Shown here: piece by piece, positions 28,727 to 43,700 of the stretch
Numbering within the stretch: position 1 is the stretch's first letter
Layout: every line of letters begins with the position of its first letter
Position numbers and translations under genes: made by a program
Assembly (NCBI RefSeq): GCF_006345805.1
Contig: NC_042998.1
Span: forward strand, 86,862,001-86,926,000
Direction: 5' to 3'
From: Octopus sinensis
Lineage: Eukaryota
Length of the DNA: 64,000 bases
The notes under the pieces: model-generated
Database searches by the model: none
What the model saw: the letters and a program-made list of their open reading frames with translations, nothing else
Told to the model about the DNA's origin: nothing

Positions 28727-28776
<50 letters not shown>

Positions 28777-31700
28777 ATTCAGTCACACACACCCTTCACC
28801 TTGCTAAATTTCCAGTGAGCATAATCAAAGCCATGACTTCATTGTGGACCACAATCTTGAAATTAAACACAAAATATGACTGTATTATCACTGATAGAAT
28901 GCAGTATCACAAAGGCATATTCTAAGGGGACAGTCTCTCTGTGATGTTGTTTATACTTTCTGTAAACCCCTTGTCATTCATGTTAAGGAAGTTTGAAGGG
29001 TATCTCACTGATTCATGAGGAAACAGAAATATCAAAATTACACACTGTTTCTTTGTGGACAACTTAAAACTTTATGCAAAGAATACACTTGAGATGAAAA
29101 AGAGCTTTGAACTATTTACAATATTCTCAAAGGATGTAGGGTTGGAGTTTGATCAGGATAAATGTTGTTATATGGTTGTGAAAAGAGAGAAGACTGTAAA
29201 CCAGACAAGTAACATCTCCAGCAATGATTTGACTGTTTCCCCTATGTCTGATGAGGAATGTTACAGGTACCTCAGGTGGAATAAAACATATCCTACAATG
29301 ACGCTTGAAACATTGATGAATGTTACAGCTGAATAAAGAAAATTTGAACCTCAGAACTCTACATTCAATAAAACAGTGGTCCACAATGTGTTTTTGGTGC
29401 CAGTATGCATACCAAAATTTGGGCTGCTTGGTTGGATGCTTGATGAGATCCAAGCCTTTGATGTGAAGACCCCAAAAATATTAACAGGCACACATAATTT
29501 CCACATAAACTGTGATATAGATCACCTCTACCTAAAATGAAAACAAGGCAGCAGAGGCTTAACATCGATCCAAAATGTCTTTGAATGTCATATCATATCC
29601 CTTCAGCAACATCTTTTAACAACCAAGTGTTGAAGTGCATCCCTTGACCAAGTTTGCGTACTTGAGGCTGATAACATCATAAAGCAGCTCCATGAGCAAT
29701 ATTCCTTGTCTGATAACCTTAAATTATCATGCCCAAAGAAGTTGCATGACACTACTGTAATGTATCATTAGATGAAAGGATGATCATATATGAGCAGAAG
29801 ACTATGCATGGATATGTTAGTAGAAATCTCTGTGATGATAGTAACATTGATCATCAAAGCAGTCTGTCATGGACTAATAGCTGGATTACTACCTCCCACT
29901 TTGAAGAGTATGTATTTGCAATCCAGGAACAGGAAATATAAACTAAATACCTATTTCTTTACTACCCACAAGGGGCTAAACACAGAAGACAAACAAGGAC
30001 AGACAAACAGATTAAGGCGATTATATCGACCCCAGTGCGTAACTGGTACTTATTTAATCGACCCCGAAAGGATGAAAGGCAAAGTCGACCTCGGCGGAAT
30101 TTGAACTCAGAACGTAGCGGCAGATGAAATACTGCTAAGAATTTCGCCCGGCGTGCTAACGATTCTGCCAGCTCACCGCCTTATAAACTAAATACCTGAT
30201 GCATAAAAGGGATACAGATGCAGGAAACCAGTAAAATGTGACAATCGATGCAGAATTTATGAATATATTACCCACATCATAAGCAGCTGTCCAAAAGTAT
30301 CGTCACAGTATTATCTACCAATGAGACATGATGTTATAGCTAGAACACTATGTAATGAAATCCTTCAGAAGGATAACCCCAAGGACAAAGAAATAAGAAC
30401 CTACAGCATAGTACAAGCCATAGCCACTCAAAATAAAAAGAAGTACTGATGGAATGTCTCAGTAAAAACCTCAAAAAATGTAAGCACAACAGACCTGATA
30501 TAATGATTTGGGTAGAGAAGAGAAATTGTGTGCAGTTGTGGAAATTAACTCTCCAGCGGATGTTAACATAAAGCTGAAGATCAGTGAGAAAGAAAACACC
30601 TATGTTGAACTATTAAGAAATCTGCATTGATTCTATCCATATTACAAGTTCAGATTTATACCTGTAATTATTGGGGCTTGTGATATGTAACACACTGCCT
30701 AAATACCAACCTTGAGAAATTAGGCTTCTCAAAATGAGAAAGGTGAAAGCTAATTCGAAGACTACAGATCCACTCCATCACTGGAACTGTAAAAATCTGT
30801 AAAACTTACCAGAAGTTTATCATTGAAATATATATGAGCATGTCAAGATATGCAACTATATGCATGAGAATACATACATAAAACATACAAATCTGCATAT
30901 ACATACATACATACATACATACATACATGAGTGCATGCATGCATACATACATACATAAATACATACACACACACACACATGCATACACACACACACACAC
31001 ACACACATACATACATACATGCATACACACATACATACATGCATACATACTACATACATACATGCATACATACATACACACACACATGCATACATACACA
31101 CATACATACATACATACATGCATGCATACACACATGCATGCATGCATACATACATACATACATACATACATGCATACATACATACATACATACATACATA
31201 CATACATACATACATACATACATACATACAAAAATACCCCATTGTTGATGTTGAAATTCCAGCGAAGGAGCCTTGGATCTAGGTTAGAAACTGACTTTTT
31301 CTTTATTGGCAAGAAATCTTTAAATAAAACTGAATAATGACATACATACTGTTGTAATCCAATGTCTTGCCATCTTGGTTTTATAGTGTGCTTTTACGTG
31401 TCCAAATTTTCCACAATGGAAACATTCCTCTTTCTTAAAGGGGCAGTTATTTATCAGGTGTAAACCTCCACATGCAAAACATGGGTTTGTTTCCTGATTT
31501 TTGTCCTGTTTGTACTGTATTTTAGTACACATTTGATTTCTATTCTGCCTGGTTTACTCTCGTTTCACTTGGGTGCCATCTTTATGTTCAATTTTGTTTG
31601 TGTTGTTACTTAAATTTACTATTCTTTCAGACTCTTCTGACACTTGTTGTAAGGTTACAGCTTGATTTTGTTCCGGCTAAGAAAGAATTCTTGTTCTTCT

Positions 31701-34700
31701 GTGTCTTTTCCTGCAGTTAGTCTCTGAGTAAATCAGGCACTTGAACATATCAGGTGTTAATTCATCCAGTCTGAACTTTTCACATTCTCTGTTAACTCTT
31801 CCAGCATATGTGATGTAGTCCTTATTCTTTTTTAGATTCAAATATTTCCAGCTAGTAATGAACAAGAAGCTTTTTGTGCTAAAAAATTTACACAATATGT
31901 CTATTGTATTTTTAAAGTTTCTGTCAAAAGGTTATTTTGGGAGTACGTAATTGATGTAATGCTCATGTTCTGCTGCACTCTTGATTGAAAATTTTTTTGT
32001 ATCTTCTATAATATACCTCGAAGGTGACTCCTTTGTCTGCTTTATACTTAAATTCTATTACTGAGTGTGCAACATAATCTTTTCAGCCTTTTGTGATGAC
32101 TTATTCATTAATTGTAGCATTTGTTGCTGTAATAGTAATTGTTATTGTTTGCTGTTTTTTGCAACTCAAGCAAACTGGCCAACAAATCTTTCATAATATT
32201 ACGATTCTGTATACCATAAAATTTGCATGATAAATCCTTTGTGAGTTTCACAACTCCTTGTGAGTTTGTTTAATTCTCATGAGTTTGTTAATTCCTCATG
32301 AGTTTCTTAATTCCTCAATGCCACTATTGTGATCCTCTGTTCCACTGTTATCTTTATAAAAAACAGATATATGATAACAGATAATAACTTTATTTTTCAA
32401 AAAAATGTTATTCAATAAAGCCACCTTCAACTTCAATAACTGAGATCTAAATATGGAATCTAAATCATCTACATGCTCGAATCAAGTGGCCCTGATTCAT
32501 TTTATACATTACTCTGACTATGGCAGCTTTCATAGAATCTTTGGTATTATGGGCATGTTCATTGACCTCTCTCTTTCAGCAATGCTCCACGTGTAATAAT
32601 CCAATAGATTGGGGAATTAGAAGGCCAAATATTAGGGGTTATGTAATCATGAAAAATTTCAGCCATCCATTCCTCTGTTACTAGAGCCATATGTGATAAT
32701 GCAGAGTCTTACTGAAACAGATATGGCTTTCCATTGCATACACTGTCTATCCAGGGCGTAACAATTATTTCCAGGACTTCAATGTAGGTGGCAGAGTTAA
32801 CTCTAAAGCCTTGTGGAAAGAAGTAAGGAGGCATCACATGACCTTTATTGCTGACAACCCCTAAAGCCATGACAGTTGCAGGAAATTTGTATGCATAACA
32901 GTTAGAACTTCAGAAGGGTCTGCACATAACCATCTGTCATTTCTTCTGTTAACTTTTTTGACACTGGTCGAAGTTTTTCTCATTTGAGAAACACCAAATC
33001 AAATCTTCTTCCACTGGATTTTTTCAGTTTGTTTAAGAGCCTTTTAAATCTGATGTAGTGATTTTCTTTTGCTTTTTCGGACAAATTAACCTTTCCTCAT
33101 CATATAAGACTTATATCTGATGTCTTCGTGGACAAATTTTCTGATTGTAACTTCTGGTACATGGAGATCTTTTGCAGTTGACCACATGGACTTTCTAGGA
33201 GTGTAATCAATGCCCTGTTGAACTTACTGGAAAAATTAGGTGTTCTGATACCTCCATACCACTGAGTCTGGTATAATGTCATGCCAGTAAAGATCTTTGG
33301 ATAATCAGGAAACAAAAGACTTGCACTTGATAATTATAAAACTGACTTATATTTCTTAGGACTAGTATTGCATATTAATATTGTTTTGTTTTTAATCTGA
33401 GATACAAGGCCAGCAATTTTTGATGGATGGGGTTTATTGATTATTTTGATGCCAGTATTTGAGTGGTACTTCATTTTATTAATCTCGGTGGAATAATAGG
33501 CAAAGTTAACTTCAATAGGATTTAAACTAAGAATGTAAAGGGCTGGAACAAATATCACATGGTACTTTTTCCAGTGCTGTGATCTTGTTTATAATAGATC
33601 ATAATGAATCTTACATTGCTATTAAGTTGTTTTCTGTATAAGATATACCACAATTGAACTGAGAATATGTTTTAAAACACGTCATTTCAAAGACTGGTGC
33701 ACAACAAAATTATGTTATATACACAAAATTATATATTTTCATATACGTCATTCCTAGTATAATATTCCTTTAAAGAAATGTTCCTAGATAATTCATATCT
33801 GATGCATTGACATGAAGATTTAAACTGTTGCACAGTCAAGGTATAAAATGTGCCAATGGTATGTTTGTTGTTTTCATAATGTAAGATATTGTTATTGCTG
33901 AATGCTTCCTCTTAACAAATCTTTGCTTACTTTTCTAACTGTGTTTTTTACCTCTAAACTGTTCTGTAGGATGTAAATGACAATGGGCCTCAGTTCCAAG
34001 AAAGTTTTTACAATATATCAATAAAGGAAGATTTAACTGAAGGTTTGTTTATATTTATTAATTATATTTTCATTGTTTTTAATTTTTACACTATTAATTT
34101 TGAAATGGCGTTTCCTTCTAACCAAGCATAGCTTGGTTTTTGGAAAGGAGGAATATAGTGAGCAGAAGTGATACTAGTTTATTGCATGGTCTATTTTATA
34201 GAACTTTTAGTGATGTCTTTTATTAATTAAGGAAAAGTAGCATGGCAGACCTTTTAAAAGGATGCTGACAGGAAATTTATGTTCAGAGACTTACGCTGAA
34301 TGCTTTCAACAGAAAGGACTCAGCTAAGGATACCCAAGAGCTTAATCCAGGTGACTTTAAGTTTACTACCCCATTATGATGGACTTCTGCACAATTTTCA
34401 TCTGTTATTCTTTTACTAGTTTCTGTAAATAAACTGCAGTCAGTCTGGGGCACTGCCATCAAAGGTTTTACACAACTGCATTGAATTCAGGAATTATCAA
34501 ACAGCTCAGTTAACTTTTTGAAATAACGGGACGCAACTTGACATGCTGAGTTTGCATCAGTATACACAACACACACACACACACATATTACAGGTATGAT
34601 TGGACAGATCCATAAAATGATGAGTTTTTATAATTTTTTTGCAATATCTTGCATGGTATTCCTCTTTCATAGTTTTATTCCACTCAAGACATTCTGGCAA

Positions 34701-37700
34701 TTCTAAACCTATCTGTTATCCTCCATATGCATGTCTGTACCAACACAGTTGTCATTCTTTCACACTACAAGATATTCTTTTTATACCTAGTTTATATCTC
34801 AACTCAGCTGTACCATGCATACTAACATTACACATACAGTGGATCATGCTCGCTATATTTTCTATCAGTCTTTGCACATCTTCTGTATTAAGTGCCCAAA
34901 TCTTTCTACCATGCAATATTTTACTTCATACACAAGCCGCATGCAATCTACTCCTTGCTAGAAGAGAGAATCCTCTTGTTGCCAACAAAGACTATACTTT
35001 CAGAGCATCCTTCTCCACTGCTGATCAGGTTTCCTAGGTAACTGAAGCTATCTATAGAGGCTTTCAAGCATTGAAAAGAATTTATTTTGTTATTGCTATG
35101 ACTACTAACCACTCTTGTATGTAGTCCCCATACAAAAATTTTATTCACTGCCAACCTGCCTGTGAATCCAGAACACATTTTTGAATCCATATTTCTCATG
35201 TACACCATATAGAGACCCTTCCTGGTGAAGTGTGGCTCAAGCTAGTCACTTACACAATCAACCAGGTTATAAAGGGAGGTGTCATACCCAGTAACTGGCA
35301 TAGCTATATAGTTATTATCATCTGGTACAATGACAAAGGAGATGCTTTGGGAAGAAGTAACTACAGAAGCTTCTAACAGATAAATTAGGTTATGAAGATA
35401 ATGGAAACAAATACTAACACAGTTAGTAAGAGAATCAGCTTAAATGAATTTGGAATTATGTGATTACAAATCAGCTTCTTAACCATGTAGCCATCTGGCT
35501 ATAAGGTTTTGAACTCAGTCTGGAAATCTTAACAGTGTGCCCATATCCTTATTAGAATTCTGTTTGACAATCTATTGTTTCTGCTAATTCATTGCCCTTT
35601 TGAATTTTAAATATTAAGTGACAATAAGGTCATAATATTTTTAATTTCTTTATGTAAGAAAGTATTAATAACAATCTGTAACCCTGAGTAGGTCATTGGG
35701 TTACTACTGAAACCTTCCTTCAATTTATTTTGAACATCATTCTGTATGAAATAGGCACATGGAACAATTCTTAATATATCTTTGTTGTGATGAAATTTGA
35801 TTTGATTCACTAATTCAGGAAGCTTGTGGCACTGTTCCAATTACAAAACGAATGTGTTAGAGCAGTAAATGATTACCATTTCTATATGCATTGTTTCTGA
35901 ACTTATTACAACTGAAAATGGGTATTTTAGTGAGATATTCTGCTTGAAGTAGACTGTTATGTCGTCTTATGTTGATGATAACGTCATGGTGATTGTAGTT
36001 GAAGTTAGATGTGTTAATCTTAGTGCAGTACTTTGATTGACACACAAGAAAAATATAAAATCTGTGCCACTAGATAATTAATTCTGCACATTTGTAGTTT
36101 ATGTATAATCTGACTGGGAAGTATGTACCATTAATTATACAAACACTGAATTTTATCTCCATGAAATTTAAATTCAAATTCTCTGATTGTCATCCAGGTT
36201 GTTCTGATTCCTGTCACTTCTAATCCAGAATTATTATCCTCTACATTTCACTCAAGTGTTCTATATTTGACATAGTCTTTGTGGATGGATGCCTTTTCTA
36301 ACACCAAGTGCTTTACAAAGTGTAGTTGGTGCATTTTTTCATGGCATCAACATTAGAGAAGTTGTCTTCTCAACTGTTTATTGTCTCCACTTGTTTACCA
36401 CCCATTTCACTGAATTTTCTGGGTGCATAATATTGTGACACCAGCAGTAGTGAGTTTGTCTTGTGCCTCTTCAAGATACTTTGAATCCTTGCTACTCTAC
36501 TGTATCACCATTCGTTCTAGGCAATGTGACCAAGGCTGATAGGAGAAAAAGTGATAACAGAAGAACCAGGATGAGTGGGTAAAAGAAGCAAGAGTATGAT
36601 GGCAGAAACAGAGTGATAGTACTATGACTAGCAGAGAGGATGAAAGGGGAGAGGATTAGCAATACTAAGAGCAAATGATAATGGAACCTATCAAACAAGC
36701 TGCCCCAGTATCCACTTTCATATCTTATGCCTCTGTTATTTATAAAGCACTTGCAAAAACCCATGTTATTTGCACTCGCATTGTTGTTCACGTTTAGCAA
36801 CAAACTGTTGACAGATCCAGTCTTGCTCAGAGATACATTTATTTTGTCCATACAGCAATCATTTCTGTATTGGCAAAATCTTGTAAAATGCCCTAATTTA
36901 CCACATTTATTATAATTTTTCCCATATGCTGGACATGCATGAACTTTGTGTCTATGCCCACAATTTTGACATTTCACTATAATGTCATGACTGCTACTGG
37001 GGGTATTCTTATTTACTAGTACTTTGTACTTGTGATGGCTTTCACCCTGGGTGGGTTGAGCCAGCTTCTTCTCTGGTCCTGACGGCATCACGAACCATGG
37101 CAGCCCACACTTGACGGTCCTGTGCGAGGTCACTGGAGATATTGAGCCATTCACAGTTCCATCTGTGCAGACTGACCACCAGAAGACCTGAGAGTTCGGA
37201 GAAGTCCTCCTTTATCGTCATTGCCAAGGTCTTCAGCTGCCTGCCTGTGCATTTGCACCAGTTGGGAAGTGGAGGTGGGAGGAGGACATCACAAATTATC
37301 TCACACTCTGGACTGCATAACTGAACCACCCTAAATGCCATTGTAGAAGCACCACAGGGAGGGGCTGGAGATTCAGGCAATGATGAAGACTGGCTGTAGG
37401 AACCTGATCAATGCGTTGGCAGTAAAGAATGCGGCAGAGACAGTCATTGTCGAACACCTCCAGTCTTTGCTGATCGACTACCCTCATAGGCCATGTTTCA
37501 CAACCATAGAGGAGGTTAGTACGAACGATGGCCTGGTAGATTTGCCCTTTGGTCACCGAGGAGATCTCTCTTCTGTCCCACAGGCACCACTGGAGGTGCA
37601 CGAATGTGGATCTGGCAGCACCTATGCGTTGCTCAACCTCAGCTGCGCCCTAGCCCTTTGGAACCACATCCTCCAGCTCCACACCCTCACAAACGATTGG

Positions 37701-40700
37701 CTACCAGTCATCTGCTGCGACCAGAGACATCATCACTTTGGTTTTGCCAGCATTGATCTGAAGACCAACAGCAGCTTCTACCGCATGCACCCTTTTGAGA
37801 GTATCTTGGACATCTGCCTGGTTAGAGCCCAAGCGTGTGATGTCATCTGCATAGGCCAACCTTAAAGTCCAACCCCTCCTCAAAGCGGTAGAGTGGTGTA
37901 AACGGGCAGTGTCAGAGCTATGCTGTCAGGAACTTTGGTTCCTGGGTGGGAAACCCAAGGCAGATTGGTCTGGCACCGAGCGGTATTAGGGCCACAGCCT
38001 GGGCAATGGGGCTCTGGTGAAAATTCCAAGAGGCGTCTGATCAGCAACAGGCAGCTTCGAATTCGATCTATCCCTGTGTCTGTAGAGACTCCGTGGCAAA
38101 CAGGGCGTCCCGTCACTTGGGATATGCATGCGGGATGTCGGGGACCGCTTGTGAATTCATTATTCTCACGAAACTTCTTCTATGAATCCTACTACTACCA
38201 TGGGGGTATTCTTGTTGACATTAAAGTTTGTTATTGTTTGTCAACTACTCACAAACAGTGTTTCTGATTCTATGGTGGATGTAAGAGCAGTTCTTTCAGT
38301 GTATTTCATTTTAGACTGAACCTAACCCTGACTCTAACTGTAACTGATTCAAAATTTCTAACTTTACCTCTGCTGACAATAACCCCGCAATGAAAATGAG
38401 TTACATGATCTCTTCTTCTGGATTTTCTATCAACCTATTCAAATGGCAGAAAGAAGCTTGAAAATTAATCCAAAGAAGGGAGTTATTGGTTGACTCATTT
38501 TCCAGTTGCTTCAGTTCCAATAATTTTAATCTTTCTGCAATTAACAGTTTCTCCTTTGGCTTTACTAGTTGTTGCAATGCATTCATTGTTTGTTGGTATG
38601 TTGCATTCTGAAGGGTTACTGGGAAAAGAACATTCTTTAACTTCATTATGGCTCCACAGTTAGAAAGAAATGTTGGCTTCTTTTTAACATCTTCAATGTC
38701 ATTGCATTAAATTTTTGCTTCAAACTGTATCAGCCAGGCTCTAGCTTCCTCCAAGTTGTTCAAGTTTGAATGTTTTCCAGTTGTCATCCTCATCACAATG
38801 TGTTATGTTTCACTCTTATAAGACAAATGTTGAATGTTCATAACTGCAATTTACACAGCTCACTTTTCGAGAATCCCGCTGTACTGTTTCTAGTAGTGTT
38901 CTCAGTTCTTTGTGTTTTCCATCACAGCATGTCGAAATCTTTAAAAAAAATCTTCTAATGTATCATATAGAAGTATTTTTGAGGCTGAATCTGAATTTTT
39001 TATTAATTTATTCCAGAAAAATTTTGTGAAAATGTTACAGGTGTGCAAAATTTGATAATTTTTCAGAATTTTCAGCCAATCAGTAAACAGTGTGTTCACT
39101 ATCTCTTCCATATCTAATGATGGAAGAGATAGTGAACACACTGTTTACTGATTGGCTGAAAATTCTGAAAAATTATCAAATTTTGCACACCTGTAGCATG
39201 GGGTGGGGTGGGGGGCATGTCAAGACATTAAAGTAGCTACAGTAAACATTAAAACATTAAAGCATTAAAACATATGCGAGCAAATTGAATATTTCAAAGC
39301 TATGAACAGACCAACAGGACTTGCTAGAAATAAGAGTCAAAACATTAAAATATACACAAGCAGAGTTAACAGTGAAAACAGTAAAAACATTAAATCATTC
39401 TCGAGCAAATTAAATATTTTAAAGTTGTGAACAAACCAACATGAGTTGCTAGAAATAACTGTCAAAACATTGCTTAAAACAGACATTTATTAGTTAAAAA
39501 ATTCAAGAACGAAAGTTGCGGCCATCTTGTTACTGTTCTAAAATCTCTATATCAGTCTAGAAATGAATTCCTTCTGTTACGAAAATAAACTCCTTGTGCA
39601 CACATGCACCATCATTACTTACTATGGAAACAAAGTACTTTGCAATCAGCTATGGAACACTTAGTGCTTCTTTGCTTTCGGTACTATGGAAACACAGTTC
39701 TTCACCATGGTCATGTGTAAAATACTCACTTCTGGTAGACTAAAATAAACAAATTTTGCAAATTTTAGAAGCTAATAACTTTTTAATTATGGATTTATAG
39801 GGAAAATGAATATCATTTTCATAATTAGTATACAAAATTTAATCCATATACCAAATTTGAAAATAATTGGAACAAGATTGTAGACAGTGATGAAATCTAC
39901 AAAGATCCATGTTGTCCTGTAACACTCCTTTTTATGGCTGCTAGCTCTCTCATTTCTCATCATATGATTTCCATTTGGTTGCACGAGGCTTCCTTTGAGC
40001 GTTCTATACACATATCAAGACATCAGATCAGCAACCCAATGCAACTATCACAGTATACACTTCTACTAATCAGTTATTTCCAAGCTATGCTCATGGTAGT
40101 GTCTACCTTCCATGCTTTTAAGTGAATGAAACAATCACCAATTATCTAATAAAGATGGTTACGTTACAAAACTGGCAGGGTGTCAAATAAAGGCCTTATG
40201 GTATTTAGTTAGATCCCTTTGATTGTTTCTTCTCATTATATTTGTGGCTTTGCTAGAAGCCAGTTATTTAGTTATAGGTGAAACATTCATCAATAGGTAC
40301 TGCTGCATATAATATCTATTGACATCCCGGTAGACTGCATAAGCAAGTGTTATCTGTCTTGGCCATGGAGACAGCATAATGTCAGTAACAAGGTACAAAT
40401 TGTTAACTCTGTGAAAAGAAGGTTTACAATATCAGTCCATTGTAACATCTAGTAAATGAAACATGTAAAAATTGTCTTCTTATATTCTCTAATTATATTC
40501 CTTGCAGATAGTTGGCTTTTAAACATTACTGCAAAAGATAATGATAAGACAAGTCCATTCAATCGGGTGAACTTCCGTCTAAAAACACAAACCAGTGTCT
40601 TTCGCATAAATTCAGAGGATGGAAGTATTTTTCTCAGCAGTAAATTAAACCATGAAGATAAATCCTTTTACAATCTCACCGTTCTTGCCACTGACGGAGG

Positions 40701-43700
40701 AACTCCATCTAAAACAGCCACTACTGAAGTAAATGTCATTGTAGAAGACGTTAATGATGAAACACCAGAACTGATACTGGGTAAAACAAATATAGAACTT
40801 TATGAAAACATAACCGTTAATTCTTATATTACTTCAATAAAAGCTACAGACAAGGACTTGAATAGTAAGCTGATTTTCAATATTTCACAAGAGACAATTG
40901 AAATAAATGGAAAAGGAAGAGAAGTCAATAAAAATACTATCGTGGTAAGACATTTTTGGATTTTTTTGCTTGAAATAGAACTTGTTTTTCAGAATGTTTA
41001 GCAAAGTTTTTATGGCCTACTTCTCACTAATTTTTATATTTTTCAAATTCAAAACACTTGCATAGTTGGAGTGTATTTTACAGCCCAATGACAATTCTAA
41101 TATTAATCACTTGACTGTGAAGGTAAAAGGTGTTAGTTGTTGTTCTTGTTATTTAGTCCCAGTTTATCTTTTATACAGAAGGTGGATGGTGTAGGGGGTG
41201 TTGGCATACTCCTGGCAGAGAAATGAGTAGATAAGGTCATAGAGGTTGTCAGGGTATGTGATAGAGTGCTTAAGCTCAGGCTAGTCCTGCAGAACAGTAC
41301 AGCTACAATTATCTCCGCCTATGCCCCACATTCGGGGCTACCAAATGATCAGAAGGATCACTTTTATGATACCCTTCTACAGGCTACCTCAAAGACAAGT
41401 GGCAATGACCTCATCTTTGAGGCTAGAGACTTTAATGGGCATGTTGGGCAAGAATCTGATATCTTCACTGGGTACGCTGTAGCCATAGTATTGGCACCCG
41501 AAATAATGAGGGAACTAGGCTACTGGAGTTCTGTGATGCATGTAACTTTTTAATCTGCAGTACTAACTTCAGGAAACCAGACAGCCACCTTATAACCTAT
41601 CAATCAGGGGACTTTGCTAGCCAGATTGATTTCATCCTCACCAGACAGCGGGACGCAAGGTTGCTCTTAAATACAAAGACCCTCCCAGGTGAAGAATGTA
41701 CCCCCCAACGTAGGCTGGTCATTAGTGACTTTAGGATCGAGGCCAGAAGGATACAAAGAAGCAGACCAATCCAGAAAAGAAGGATTTGGAAGCTAAAGAA
41801 CCCTTCACATGGTCAGAGATTTAGGGAGATCATCATCAAGAAATTTAAAGAGAGGGAGGAAGAGCTACAGACGTCGGACATAGAAGGTAACTCGAAATTT
41901 CTATGGGACAGCTTGCTGAGTGCCACAGACCAAGTCTGTGGATGGTGCAAAGTCCCTTCCACACCTAGAGTTACGTGGTGGTGGAATAGTACGGTAGACA
42001 AAGCCATTAGAGCAAAGAAACATGCCTGGAAGCCCTGGAAGGGTGGGGGTAGCATGGAACTGTACCAGGTAGCCAAAAGGGAGGCCAGGCGGTATACATA
42101 GCCAGGGCAAAGTGGAAAAGAAGTTTGCCAATGTCCAGCGACGTGAGGACCAAAGAACTGAGGTATTTCGGATTGTTAAACAGTGTATGAGAGAAAATTG
42201 TGATGTCACAGGAGAGAAATGCGTCCGCATGGATGATGGTGCACTTACTTTTAATGTTTTATGAAAGACTGCTGAATGTGGAGAATGAATGGGAGGAGAA
42301 GAGCCTGCCTAATGTTGACCCAGTAGAGGGACCAGCTATCCCAATAGACAGCTCCCTAGTAGATAAAGCAATTAAGGGTATGAAACCAGGAAAAGCCCCC
42401 GGTCCATCAGGAATCACTGCTGAGATGCTTAAAACAGCTGGTTATGTGGGCTATGGCCTAGACACCCGCATTGTAAACCAGGTAGTTCATAATGGAATTA
42501 TACCCAATGACTGGCATAGCAGCACCATAGTCAGTTGCTACAAGGGTAAAGGGGGTGCTCTAGATAGAAATAACTACAGGGGTATCAAACTGCTGGATCA
42601 GGTGATGAAGTTCACGGAGAGGGTCATAGCCCATCTCATTAGGGAGAGAGTATGCTTAGATGAGATGCGGTTCGGTTTTGTGCCGGGTAGAAGCACTACT
42701 GATGCCATATTCCTGGTTCGACAACTGCAGAAGAAATACCTAGCTAAAGATAAACTCCTGTACTTCGCTTTTGTGGACTTGGAGAAAGTCTTTGACAGGG
42801 TCCCCCAATCCATTATCTGGTGGGCGATGCGGAAACTGGAGATTGACGAATGGTTAATAAGGGCTGTACAGGGTCTATACAGAGGGGCCGTTAGTAAGGT
42901 TAGGATTGGCAATGAGTATAGTGAAGAATTCTGGGTAGAAGTAGGGGTCCGCCAAGGTTCAGCCCTCAGTCCCCTTTTATTCATCATAGTCCTCCAGGCA
43001 ATAACAATTGAATTCAAGATGGGTTGCCCCTGGGAGCTCCTCTATGCTGATGACCTGGCCCTCATAGCAGAATCACTACCGGAACTAGAAAAGAAATTTC
43101 GGGTGTAGAAGCAAGGTTTAGAATCAAAGGGCCTTAGAGTAAATGTAGCAAAGACCAAAGTTATAGTAAGCAGAAAGGCGAACTCAGCACACACACCCTC
43201 GGGCAGGTGGCCCTGCTCGATCTGTAGGAAAGGTGTAGGTAGAAACTCCATAAGATGCACCCAGTGTAAGCTATGGACACATAAGAGGTGCAGCAACATC
43301 AAAGGAAAATTAACACACAAGATAGCTTTCATGTGCGGCTGATGCACAGGGGCAATTAGACACCACAGATACTTAGAAAACAGATTCCATCACACTCCAG
43401 GGGGAGAAACTAGAAGTAGTTGATAGCTTCTGCTATCTAGGTGACTAAGTTAGTAGTGGAGGTAGATGCTTAGAGAGTGTCACCACTAGAAAAAGAATAG
43501 CCTGGGCAAAGTTTAGAAAGCTTCTACCCCTACTGGTGACAAAGGGTCTCTCACTCAGAGTGAAAGGTATATTGTACAACGCATGTGTGTGAGCTGCCAT
43601 GCTTCATGGCAGTGAAACATGGGCTGTGGCTGCAGAGGACATGCGTAGGCTTAAAAGAAATGAAGCTAGCATGATCTGCTGGATGTGTAATGTCAGTGTG

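Noticed and set aside
39518-39528. YY1-like AAGATGGCCGC (minus strand)
   Set aside because: Isolated motif inside unclassified repeat sequence, with no other promoter evidence.
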